Source: Eledone cirrhosa
Taxonomy: Eukaryota
DNA length: 64,000 nucleotides
NCBI GenBank assembly: GCA_964016885.1
Contig: OZ024760.1
Span: forward strand, 23,684,001 to 23,748,000
Direction: 5' to 3'
Position 1 is the stretch's first letter. The number at the start of each line of letters is the position of its first letter. The position numbers and the translations under genes are program-made. Positions 46,977 through 60,102 of this stretch are shown here, piece after piece. The notes below the pieces were generated by a model, which had not been told where the DNA came from, did not search any database, and saw only the letters and a list, made by a program, of their open reading frames with translations.

Positions 46977-47802
46977 CATAAGTAAGCACATACATACACA
47001 CACATATAGAGATCCACATACATATAAACACACACAAGAACATCGCCGAAAACACTCGTTTACACACAAAACAACAAGAAAAACGACCGATTTCATTCAC
47101 TTTCTCCTAAGAACAGAATAAGAATCGCTAAACAGAGGCGCGAAACTGCATTATACATTCATTCGCTTTAACACATACAAGCCACTTAATGCATCAGTTT
47201 TATTGTCCTCCAAGGTAGACTTACTGCTGTGTAAATGAAATGAAATAGAAAGAAAAGAAATTAACAAAATGGCCGACCGACTGAAAAAAAAAAAGGCCGC
47301 CATTTTCATATGATATTTTATTGAAGAAAATAGAGAGAAAATAGAAAATAGAAAATTTGATATGTGCAAAAGGGAATATGGTTAGGAGTGTGTCTTTGTG
47401 TATGTATATATGTACGTCTGTCTGTATGTATGCGTGTATATATGTGTGTATGTATGTGTATGATTGGCTTCATTGGTGTGTATACGTGTGTGTCTGTGTG
47501 TTGTGGTGAAGTAAAGGTGTTCGAAGTGGTAACGTCTTCATCACGTGGTTTCGTTTTCATACCTTCCCCGTTTAAAATCCCCGGTAGTGCTCCAGTCTCC
47601 TCTCCTGTCACAAACCTTTGCAATTTTAAATATTTTTTTTTGTTTTGTTTTTTTTTTTTGTTTTTGTTTTTTGTCGTTTTCTGTGTTGGTGCGACACTAT
47701 GTGTGTCCGTGTGTGTCAGGAGATAGAACTGGAATTCGTTAACCAGAAATATGTGTGGAAATATTTCCTATAAAATGCACAAACTCACACACACACTTAG
47801 AG

Positions 47803-47847
<45 letters not shown>

Positions 47848-48017
47848 TATATTATTATTACTATACGGGGTCGATAAAATAAAGTACCAGTAATGCACAG
47901 GGCCATTGCTGGCCTTCTACCAAAAGGAGAAACAAGTATTACTATATATATATATATAACGAAGGAAATGTGGTAAGGAACAAGGTGAACCATAACGCAC
48001 CAAAGTACTCAATACAT

Positions 48018-48598
48018 ATCATATGTTGATTTAAAACTGCACTATTCACAAGTGTTTTTTAACCTTCATATCATGTCTTCCTATTTTATCTGATGAAAAC
48101 ACAAATGTTATTGCATGATGATATTTGTTTTTGAAATGCGTATAATAAAATACATGGAACTCTTTTAACCATCTTTTGATCTTATATATTATATATATAT
48201 ATATGTATATATATATACATATAATATAAGATCAAAAGATGGTTAAAGGAGTTCCATGTATTTTATTATGCGCATTTCAAAAACAAACGTCATCATGCAA
48301 TAATATTTGTGTTTTCATCAGATAAAATAGGAAGACATGATATGAAGGTTAAAAAACACTTGTGGATAGTGCAGTTTTAAATCAACATATCATATGATAT
48401 CCTGTTTTATCTGATGAAAACACAAATATTATTGCATGATGACGTTTGTTTTTGAAATGCGCATAATAAAATACATGGAACTCCTTTAACCATCTTTTGA
48501 TCTTATATTATGTATACTCCAGTCCTACAAACTGTAGAGTGCTTCTTATCCGATATCTGCATTGCTTTATTGTACTACAATAAAACTCACCTCCTACA
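48018..48598. mobile_element. Three family-A arms (+,-,+), each with a minimal hammerhead (48082-48152 +, 48259-48329 -, 48403-48473 +)
   Basis: TATTTTAT-CTGATGA-AAACACAAATATT..ATATTTGTTTTT-GAAA-TGCGCA-TA-ATAAAATA. Confidence 0.85.
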
Positions 48599-48638
48599 TA
48601 TATATACACATATATATATATTTATATATATATATATG

Positions 48639-48698
<60 letters not shown>

Positions 48699-48699
48699 C

Positions 48700-48808
<109 letters not shown>

Positions 48809-48944
48809 TTTGGATCTAGCTGTCGAAAAGGCCGGACCTCAGCCGCCCGGGTCTTTTCCTATTACCCACTCTACTACCCTAGGTATCGAATATTCTAGTG
48901 CGTTATGGTCGACCTGGTATCTTACCACACTATCTTTGTTAAAT

Positions 48945-49004
<60 letters not shown>

Positions 49005-49024
49005 ATGTGTGTATATATTATATG

Positions 49025-49340
49025 AAGCTTATAGACTGGAACTAGTAAAACATTGTCTAAATCAGATATAAACGACACATAGCTCATGTAGAAAACTGGA
49101 AAAATATAAAAATAAATAGATATATATTGGCTTTTAGATAGCAATGGCGTAGCAGATCAGACCGTTTCAAGTGAAGATAAAGTAAGATGGGTTGGTTTTC
49201 CATGGACGATATATTAGAATCAACCATTAATGTCTCACAGTTTTCAAAAGCATCTCTAACAACAAATACTAACGTTAGTCCATTATCTTAATATTGCAAG
49301 TTCTATCTGTTCGTCTTAAATCAACGACAGATCTTCGAAA
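49025..49340 (+). pseudogene. Possible decayed GIY-YIG endonuclease end of a Penelope-like ORF
   Basis: Frameshifted peptides TGTSKT.. / IRYKRH / RYI-W / VLNQR loosely resemble PLE C-termini; weak. Confidence 0.3.
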
Positions 49341-49399
49341 AAGCCATATATCAATAGCCACCTCCTATGTCTCGTCGGACTGGATGGAAGTAGAAACTA

Positions 49400-49508
<109 letters not shown>

Positions 49509-49538
49509 ATGTATATATATATATATATATATATACGA

Positions 49539-51864
49539 ACAATTAAGTCAAAGATGTACATCCATATATGTATACTGAAATACTAGTATGTATATGAATA
49601 CACACACGTATACATATGTAGATGTACCAAGTTTTTTTTCACTGATCACTTTACTGTGAGTGGCCAGCTATTCTGTATGTAAACACACAGACAAACCGGT
49701 TTTTAGAGTCAAACTGGTTTTTGAGGAAACACCTTTCCTCTATTCTCCAGAAAGCCAGACAAGGAATATTGAACTAGTTTCGTTGTTGTTACAACTCATC
49801 AGCAATATTTACCTATCTTCCGGCCTCTCTAGAGAATCGTAAAAGCACATATCGCTATATGCTTTTTCTATGAAAATTAGTAGTGGGCAGACCAACTTGC
49901 ATAGAGTGTGAGTAAGTACCGGTTCAACGGAGACGATAAAAACAAATAACGAAACGAAATTAAATTTCGTTTCGTTTGTAACTCACTTTTGTATGACTGA
50001 CGCTCAAACAATTAAGTCAAAGATGTACATCCATATATGTATACTAATTTTCATAGAAAAAGCATATAGCGATATGTGCTTTTACGATTCTCTAGAGAGG
50101 CCGGAAGATAGGTAAATATTGCTGATGAGTTGTAACAACAACGAAACTAGTTCAATATTCCTTGTCTGGCTTTCTGGAGAATAGAGGAAAGGTGTTTCCT
50201 CAAAAACCAGTATGACTCTAAAAACCGGTTTGTCTGTGTGTTTACATACAGAATAGCTGGCCACTCACAGTAAAGTGATCAGTGAAAAAAAACTTGGTAC
50301 ATCTACATATGTATACGTGTGTGTATTCATATACATACTAGTATTTCAGTATACATATATGGATGTACATCTTTGACTTAATTGTTTGAGCGTCAGTCAT
50401 ACAAAAGTGAGTTACAAACGAAACGAAATTTAATTTCGTTTCGTTATTTGTTTTTATCGTCTCCGTTGAACCGGTACTTACTCACACTCTATGCAAGTTG
50501 GTCTGCCCACTACTAATTTTCATAGAAAAAGCATATAGCGATATGTGCTTTTACGATTCTCTAGAGAGGCCGGAAGATAGGTAAATATTGCTGATGAGTT
50601 GTAACAACAACGAAACTAGTTCAATATTCCTTGTCTGGCTTTCTGGAGAATAGAGGAAAGGTGTTTCCTCAAAAACCAGTATGACTCTAAAAACCGGTTT
50701 GTCTGTGTGTTTACATACAGAATAGCTGGCCACTCACAGTAAAGTGATCAGTGAAAAAAAACTTGGTACATCTACATATGTATACGTGTGTGTATTCATA
50801 TACATACTAGTATTTCAGTATACATATATGGATGTACATCTTTGACTTAATTGTTTGAGCGTCAGTCATACAAAAGTGAGTTACAAACGAAACGAAATTT
50901 AATTTCGTTTCGTTATTTGTTTTTATCGTCTCCGTTGAACCGGTACCTACTCACACTCTATGCAAGTTGGTCTGCCCACTACTAATTTTCATAGAAAAAG
51001 CATATAGCGATATGTGCTTTTACGATTCTCTAGAGAGGCCGGAAGATAGGTAAATATTGCTGATGAGTTGTAACAACAACGAAACTAGTTTAATATTCCT
51101 TGTCTGGCTTTCTGGAGAATAGAGGAAAGGTGTTTCCTCAAAAACCAGTATGACTCTAAAAACCGGTTTGTCTGTGTGTTTACATACAGAATAGCTGGCC
51201 ACTCACAGTAAAGTGATCAGTGAAAAAAAACTTGGTACATCTACATATGTATACGTGTGTGTATTCATATACATACTAGTATTTCAGTATACATATATGG
51301 ATGTACATCTTTGACTTAATTGTTTGAGCGTCAGTCATACAAAAGTGAGTTACAAACGAAACGAAATTTAATTTCGTTTCGTTATTTGTTTTTATCGTCT
51401 CCGTTGAACCGGTACCTACTCACACTCTATGCAAGTTGGTCTGCCCACTACTAATTTTCATAGAAAAAGCATATAGCGATATGTGCTTTTACGATTCTCT
51501 AGAGAGGCCGGAAGATAGGTAAATATTGCTGATGAGTTGTAACAACAACGAAACTAGTTCAATATTCCTTGTCTGGCTTTCTGGAGAATAGAGGAAAGGT
51601 GTTTCCTCAAAAACCAGTATGACTCTAAAAACCGGTTTGTCTGTGTGTTTACATACAGAATAGCTGGCCACTCACAGTAAAGTGATCAGTGAAAAAAAAC
51701 TTGGTACATCTACATATGTATACGTGTGTGTATTCATATACATACTAGTATTTCAGTATACATATATGGATGTACATCTTTGACTTAATTGTTTGAGCGT
51801 CAGTCATACAAAAGTGAGTTACAAACGAAACGAAATTTAATTTCGTTTCGTTATTTGTTTTTAT
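49539..51864 (+). mobile_element. Hammerhead-bearing 469-bp tandem array (~3.9 units, 50045-51864) with inverted ~1.08 unit (49539-50044)
   Basis: Units start at 50045, 50514, 50983 and 51452 and differ by few SNPs; 13-bp TSD TATATATATACGA at 49526-49538 and 51862-51874. Confidence 0.95.
50115..50159 (+). ncRNA. Minimal type I hammerhead ribozyme (also at 50584, 51053, 51522 on plus; ~49765-49809 on minus)
   Basis: AATATTG-CTGATGA-GTTG taacaa CAAC-GAAAC-TA-GTT-CAATATT; complete core, palindromic stem III AACTAGTT. Confidence 0.92.
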
Positions 51865-51870
51865 ATATAT

Positions 51871-52262
51871 ACGATATTAAATAAATGGAAACTATATTTA
51901 TAAAACCATATTTATTTCATTATATATATTTCAGGGATATCATATTAACAATATGTTATGCCTTCCTCAGACAAAATACAATATAGACAGTTTTATAGAT
52001 AAATAGATTTGACATACCGTTCAACATCGACTTGTATTTGAAAAAGTCTATAAAACTGTCTATATTGTATTTTGTCTGAGGAAGGCATAACATATTGTTA
52101 ATATGATATCCCTGAAATATATATAATGAAATAAATATGGTTTTATAAATATAGTTTCCATTTATTTAATATCGTAAATATACTCCAAATACTTGTTGAG
52201 TGCTTTTATATCAGTTATAAATATTTACTAGTTGTAACACAACAATTTAAATATAACTTTCC
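51871..52262. mobile_element. Family-D PLE-type head-to-head insertion with hammerheads on both arms (51913-51978 -, 52068-52133 +) and tail on the right arm
   Basis: TATTTTGT-CTGAGGA-AGG..CATATT gtt AATATG..CCT-GAAA-TATATA-TA-ATGAAATA; arms identical over ~125 bp. Confidence 0.85.
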
Positions 52263-52286
52263 ATATATATATATATATATATATAT

Positions 52287-52659
52287 CATCATCATCATTT
52301 TACGTTCGCTTTTCCCTGCTTGCAAGGGTGGGACGGGTCCTATTCACCACACAATCTCTCCACTTGTCATCATCCTTCGTCATCTCCTCCGTGAGCTTCA
52401 GGGATCTGAGGTCTGCTCTCACCACCTCCACCCATGTTTTTCGTGGTCTTCCTCTATTGCGTCTTCCTTCTACTTTCATTTCTTGGCATTTCTTTACACA
52501 CCGGTCATCCTCCATGCGCATCACATGTCCATACCATCTCAGTTTTCCCTCCTGCACACCACAACTTATCCCTCTTATCCCCAGTTTCTCTCTCAACTCA
52601 TCTATGCTTGGTCGTTCACGGATATTCAGATTGCACATCCAACGGAGCATGCTTGCTTC

Positions 52660-52662
<3 letters not shown>
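52287..52662 (-). mobile_element. 5'-truncated RTE-clade LINE
   Basis: MLRWMCN...LRWYGHVMRMEDDRCVKKC...GRRNRGRPRKTW; (GAT)n tail. Confidence 0.95.
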
Positions 52663-52699
<37 letters not shown>

Positions 52700-54044
52700 A
52701 ATAACATTAAGAAAAATGCTGATGTCACATAGATCATTTATTCATAATTATTTTTTCAACGATTCTTTTATGCAATCCATGATGTAACTTATGCATTTGT
52801 TGTTGTTATATGCATGGATTTAAGTAAAATGATAAAAACCGGTTTGAAAAGCGCATATGGTATATATAAAAAGGATCATTATATCATTTACAAAAATTCA
52901 GCAAAACTTTCTCTCTCCGTATTGGTTTAGCAAGACATTTATTATTAGGTTAAATTGTTTTTGTGACTAAAAATCCTGCGTATGCACACACACACATACG
53001 CACACACAGACACGCACACACACGTGCACACACACACACACACACATACACACACACATATATATATATATATATAAGAACCAAGTAGAGGTGTTACATA
53101 TGAGAGTTATCGCTTAACTCAGTTACAAATGTTTCCCAGGCAGCGGGCTGGTGATCTGACATTGGTACACTCATCAGTTTTCTTCGGACATCCTGAATCT
53201 TTTGCACGTATATATATATATATTTATATATATATTAAAATAACAGATTAAAGTTTAAGCAAAGGATCGCTGCTTTCACCCTTAATGGGTCCTTCTGAAA
53301 CTAACAAAAATCAATCTGTGAACGCAGAAGTAAATATTTCGAAAAACGATGCAACCGAAGGAAACCACAGGAAGACGATACTTTGGTTCGTGAAGACGTT
53401 CCCTGAAAATGAACGGAAAAAAGCGAAGATAATACGTCGTTATGTGGTCCGATGAGAACAATTACACACGGTGGAGGTGGTGGTGGTGGTGGTCGTAATT
53501 GTGAAGATGTTGCCTTTGATGTGAATGGTATTGATGGGGTGGACTGAATGGTTAATGGTGAATGCTGGATGGAGGATGGATATGGAATGACCATATCGAT
53601 CAATCAATCAGATTTCAACAATAGCTATTGAACAAGTTCTTCGTTCTCTCGAAGACTTGTTTGGAGTGCCAAGTTATTTACAAATATTTTTTTCTGATTC
53701 AGCTTTCTCTTTTTCTACTGAATACGTTTTTATTTATTGCTTTTTACTTTGTTTTTGTTGTTGTTGATTTCTTGAATTTATTTATTTTTTGTATTTTATA
53801 TATATTTGTTGTATTTTGTGTGGTTTTTGTCTTGCTTGATTTGTCTGTGTGTGTTTTATTCGAGTGGTATTTATGTTTGTTTGATGGTTGGTCACAAGTG
53901 TGTCATTAATAAATAAATAAAAACCCGAGCGACATTAACGTAGATATATTCACTAGCGATGTCCAGCTGTATATTTCTACAAAACAAAGACAACCGCCCC
54001 CTCCAAATACTCAACACATTTTTTCTAAAAAAAAAGCAAATGAC

Positions 54045-54088
<44 letters not shown>

Positions 54089-54880
54089 TAACAATAATGA
54101 TAATAAACCAAATAACATAGAAATGAGTTAGTTTTTCTCCGGTCGATATTTGTAAATGGACACCCGTGTATAGATATAAATCAAGTGACGATACAATAGA
54201 GAGTAGGATGTAGATGTGTGGTGGTGGTGGAGTGTGTGGTGCCTATTGAATGTATACATTTTCAAGATGTATATTCTAGTGTAATCTGACTTTCGACATC
54301 GATACGGATTTCTTTTGGAGGGGGGTGGGGTGATTTGTGTATGTGTATATGTGTAAGTATGCGTGTATATATGTGTGTGTCTTGTGTTGTGTCTGCCAAT
54401 TTGGAGTAATAGAAAAAAATCGTATTATGTAAGAGTAAGGGCGAAAGTAAGAAATCTATGTGTGAAGTTAAATGTATTTCCCATCTTCTATATATATATA
54501 TATGTTTGATTTTAATATATATATATATGTTCAGAAGCGATTGTTTTGGTAAAAAGAGGAGCCTGCAGGAGAAAGCTCTCTACATTCCTAGTTTGTTATT
54601 ACGATGGAGATTCAGTTTAAGATTAACATTAAAAAAGATATTGATGTTACAACAAATCGTTTATTCATGATACATATTTCAACGGTTCTCCCATGCAATC
54701 CAAGATGTAATTCATGTATTTGCAGTCGTTATGCCGGTGGCATATCACAAAATCGAATTTCGTCCGAAGAATCCGTTCCCATAACAACAACAACATATGT
54801 ACCAATTACATTATGATTGCATGGTAGAAGTGTTGAAATAATTATTCTGAATAAACGATTGATGTAACATCAGCATCTTT

Positions 54881-54943
<63 letters not shown>

Positions 54944-55060
54944 GTAGGAAAAGAGTCAGGACCCCGACAGCTGAGCCTCCGGCCGTTTCCACTGCTAGAT
55001 TCTTCTTCTTCTTTCTTCTTCTTCTTCTTCTTCTTCTTCTTCTTCTTCTCATACATTAAG

Positions 55061-55127
<67 letters not shown>

Positions 55128-55261
55128 ATATATATATATATATATATGAAAGGTAACTATAGTAGGTAAAGTCAATTTTTTAAAATTTATTTTGAAACTT
55201 TTTCACTATTTACTAAACCTTGTTTATATATATATATATATATATAGCTATATTTCTGACC

Positions 55262-55327
<66 letters not shown>

Positions 55328-55328
<1 letters not shown>

Positions 55329-55499
55329 GTAGGTCCCGGGTTGAGTCGGGGATAACCACAGTAAGTAAGGTACTCAATACATGGCAGAGTAAATTTTTTT
55401 TATTTTATAGAAGGAGCTTCTACAGGACTAGTACTGTTTCATTCAGATCTGAATGAAACAGTACTAGTCCTGTAGAAGCTCCTTCTATAAAATAAAATA

Positions 55500-55500
<1 letters not shown>
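55328..55500. mobile_element. Family-C insertion: tail plus near-perfect ~100-bp palindrome centred on AGATCT (55445-55450)
   Basis: TTTTATAGAAGGAGCTTCTACAGGACTAGTACTGTTTCATTC-AGATCT-reverse complement; (AT)n flanks. Confidence 0.8.
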
Positions 55501-55556
<56 letters not shown>

Positions 55557-55569
55557 TCTTCAAATCAAT

Positions 55570-55830
55570 CATGGAACTGGTTTCTGTATCGATGCTTGTC
55601 CTGCATCCATGATGTTGTGAAGCGTTGTCGTCTGGTACTTGCCAGCCATGTAACTCACCGCGATGATCCAACTGGGAGCGTGCTCGTCTGGTCTCCGGAT
55701 GCAAAGGGATGAGTTGGCCGGACGGTCCTATTTCATACCACCTTGAAATCAATCATCAAGATTGACTCGGGTGTCAAAGAAAATGATCTACATGCTACAA
55801 ATTTGGACCGAGAACTCTTGTTCTCCAACT
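55570..55830 (+). mobile_element. Decayed RTE-like LINE RT C-terminal fragment
   Basis: Own translation: LYRCLSCIHDVVKRCRLVLASHVTHRDDPTGSVLVWSPDAKG*VGR...IKIDSG...LDREL. Confidence 0.65.
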
Positions 55831-56106
55831 TTGTCAATAACAAACCACGGCCCCAAAGCATCGTAACACTAAAAAAGAAGATTGTTGATACTTCCTGAAA
55901 AACAATTCGTTAAATTTCATGAGGATATACTTTGTCAAACTCCAAATATCTCAGAACAATAATTTTCACAATTTTCTCAAATAAGCCCTCATGTGATCGA
56001 CTGTTTTCACAGTTGTTTTCTATATTTGTTATTCTAAAACTTTCAAGTTTGTGACATGTAAGAATACGTTACCAATTTTTATAACAACACTCTATAGTAA
56101 TCGTGA

Positions 56107-56250
56107 TGGCGCATGACTTAGTGGTTAGAGCATTGGGCTTGCAATCGAAAAGTTGTGAGTTCAATTCTCGGGCCGGGTGATGTGTTGTTTCCTTGAGCAA
56201 GACACTTTATTTCACATTGCTCCAGTTTACTCACCTGTAGAAAAGAGGTG
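56107..56250 (+). mobile_element. Second tRNA-derived SINE family (CORE-like central domain)
   Basis: TGACTTAGTGG A box, GAGTTCAATTC B box, CCTTGAGCAAGACACTTTA central motif. Confidence 0.8.
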
Positions 56251-56642
56251 ATAGGACTGGGGTCCCTATCATTAAGTCACCCAAAACACCTCCAAAGAGA
56301 TATACCTTGGAGGAGGCCGGCTAAACCTGCATAGGTGTGAGCTGTCACACACACACACTATAGTACTCGACTGTTATCACAGTAGTTTTATATATTTGTC
56401 AGTCTAAATTTTTCAAATTTCAGGAGACTAAGAGTAACTTACCAATTCTTATAACTATAATCTATTGGGTACGACTACTATTACTGTTATTTTCTCCTTT
56501 TAGGACTCTCATATTGTCAATTGTCAAACTATTCCCAGTGTTGCGATAATTAGAATTCTAAAGTTCCTCGCTTTAAAGCCTCTTGAACTTAGTGTTTAAT
56601 TTACCTATATATCATACGAATGTTATGTTGGAGCTACGTCTA

Positions 56643-56703
<61 letters not shown>

Positions 56704-56748
56704 GAAAGGTATAGAGATTGTTTTAGCGAGAAGCTAATAGTATTCTGT

Positions 56749-56820
<72 letters not shown>

Positions 56821-56835
56821 ATAGAATACGTTACC

Positions 56836-56873
<38 letters not shown>

Positions 56874-57333
56874 AAGGTGTATATTGAGTTAGCTTACAAC
56901 AAAATAGCTCTAAGAAAGAGATACCTTTGATATATTCGGCTCCGTGAATTTGTTGAACTATTTCAAATGTCGAGTAAACATCGTTGCTATTTTTAGTGGC
57001 GTGGGTTGTGACACACGCTGGGATGCTATGTGCGCTATTTTATATATTTTGTATATAGCATACCTAGATGTGTCTAGTATACTAATTCATCACCTACTTG
57101 GATTGTTATTTCTATTCACAATTAACTTTGCGAAACAAAAAGTTGCCTGGGTAGTTACCACAATTCCGGTTTGTATTTATTTTCTTGATTTTTTTTTTAA
57201 ATTGAGACAAGCAAACCCTATTGTCTATAGTTAGCATTCTTTTCACCTTAGCGAATCAGGTTCCTTACGATTTGAACACATATATGTATATGTCTGTGTT
57301 CGTATATCTATATGTATGTATGAATATATATAG

Positions 57334-57836
<503 letters not shown>

Positions 57837-57861
57837 CAGATATATACGTGCGTGTATTTTC

Positions 57862-57898
<37 letters not shown>

Positions 57899-58099
57899 GT
57901 GGGTATGTATGCGTGTATGTATGTGTATGTGTTTCAGTGTGTCACAACTCACAGTTCATAATACAGACATATAAAAAGAATCAATCAATTTATTTTCCCC
58001 AACACAGAATCTCTCAGAATTCATTACACTCACCATCAAAAGCACTCTCTCACCCACTTTCACTCACTCACTCACTCACTAACACTATATCTCCAGCCG

Positions 58100-58278
<179 letters not shown>

Positions 58279-58372
58279 GCCGTCAATGTTTCCCAATCTT
58301 GAAAGTTTCAAGCGTCTACTATATCTGTATTTATGTGTTTATACATACACCAACCCACACACTCTCATACAA

Positions 58373-58407
<35 letters not shown>

Positions 58408-58447
58408 TACATATATACATACATACATACATACATACATACATACA

Positions 58448-58482
<35 letters not shown>

Positions 58483-58548
58483 TAATCTCGAAAACTCCAC
58501 ACGAAGTAATAAATTAGTTGAAAGCAATTAATGTAGTATATATATATG

Positions 58549-58661
<113 letters not shown>

Positions 58662-58865
58662 ATATATATATATATATATATATTTATTTATTTATTTATG
58701 GATGTGTGTGTGCAGTGTCAGATTTAAAATAAGAAGATATCTCACTAAGCAGATTGTTACTCTCGTTCAACCTTATCTTTATCCCTGTGAAACTCACCAA
58801 CATCACGTGTAGTAGGTATTAGTATAGCAACAAGTCTTAATTTATCACATGACCTGTTATATACC

Positions 58866-58896
<31 letters not shown>

Positions 58897-59048
58897 CATA
58901 TATATATATTTATATATATATAAATATATATAAGTTGAAAAAAATGAAAACGAAATTTCATTTCTCACTCTTAGTATGGCACTTACTTAAATGTAAGTAT
59001 GTATGTATACGTACATACATATATGTATACAGACGTACAGTAGCAAGC

Positions 59049-59083
<35 letters not shown>

Positions 59084-59271
59084 ATATATATACATATATA
59101 TACACATATGCATACAGGTACACATACATATATGCACGCATCAGTTTAGCCTACGTTTATTATAACGCCGGCCGCTTTGTTCGTTTGTTTGTTAACAAAG
59201 CGAACAGCCTGAATTTATGCCATACGGTGTTAAGGCAACCACGTCACCTTTTTGTTCAACACTGACACAGG

Positions 59272-59316
59272 AACGATGTACTAGTTTCAAGCTTGTTAGC
59301 TATCATCAGCACCGTT
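59272..59316 (-). ncRNA. Minimal type I hammerhead ribozyme (nine copies; left coordinates 59272, 59774, 60276, 60780, 61286, 61788, 62290, 62794, 63296)
   Basis: Minus: AACGGTG-CTGATGA-T AGCT aaca AGCT T-GAAAC-TA-GTA-CATCGTT; GUA triplet, U-U at base of stem II. Confidence 0.88.
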
Positions 59317-59362
59317 TACCCATCTGCCAGATAGTTGAACGTTCGAAAGTATATACTTTCCT

Positions 59363-59398
59363 TATGAAAATTAACGGCTGAGCAGCCTAATTTGCATA
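59363..59398. promoter_or_regulatory. Octamer-containing dyad in each array unit (candidate promoter or protein-binding site)
   Basis: TATGAAAATTA-ACGGCTGAGCAGCC-TAATTTGCATA; exact ATTTGCAT at 59390-59397; homologous dyad at 50490-50524. Confidence 0.45.
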
Positions 59399-59551
59399 TA
59401 GAGTGAGTTAAATCGGTCAGGCATACCGAAAACGATAAGTTGAAAAAAATGAAAACGAAATTTCATTTCTCACTCTTAGTATGGCACTTACTTAAATGTA
59501 AGTATGTATGTATACGTACATACATATATGTATACAGACGTACAGTAGCAA

Positions 59552-59600
<49 letters not shown>

Positions 59601-60053
59601 TATACACATATGCATACAGGTACACATACATATATGCACGCATCAGTTTAGCCTACGTTTATTATAACGCCGGCCGCTTTGTTCGTTTGTTTGTTAACAA
59701 AGCGAACAGCCTGAATTTATGCCATACGGTGTTAAGGCAACCACGTCACCTTTTTGTTCAACACTGACACAGGAACGATGTACTAGTTTCAAGCTTGTTA
59801 GCTATCATCAGCACCGTTTACCCATCTGCCAGATAGTTGAACGTTCGAAAGTATATACTTTCCTTATGAAAATTAACGGCTGAGCAGCCTAATTTGCATA
59901 TAGAGTGAGTTAAATCGGTCAGGCATACCGAAAACGATAAGTTGAAAAAAATGAAAACGAAATTTCATTTCTCACTCTTAGTATGGCACTTACTTAAATG
60001 TAAGTATGTATGTATACGTACATACATATATGTATACAGACGTACAGTAGCAA

Positions 60054-60102
<49 letters not shown>

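Noticed and set aside
53120-53185. Minus-strand CTGATGA...GAAAC-ATTT-GTA
   Set aside because: No stem I and no basal stem II pairing
56107-56180. tRNA gene
   Set aside because: No clean cloverleaf; continues into a SINE body
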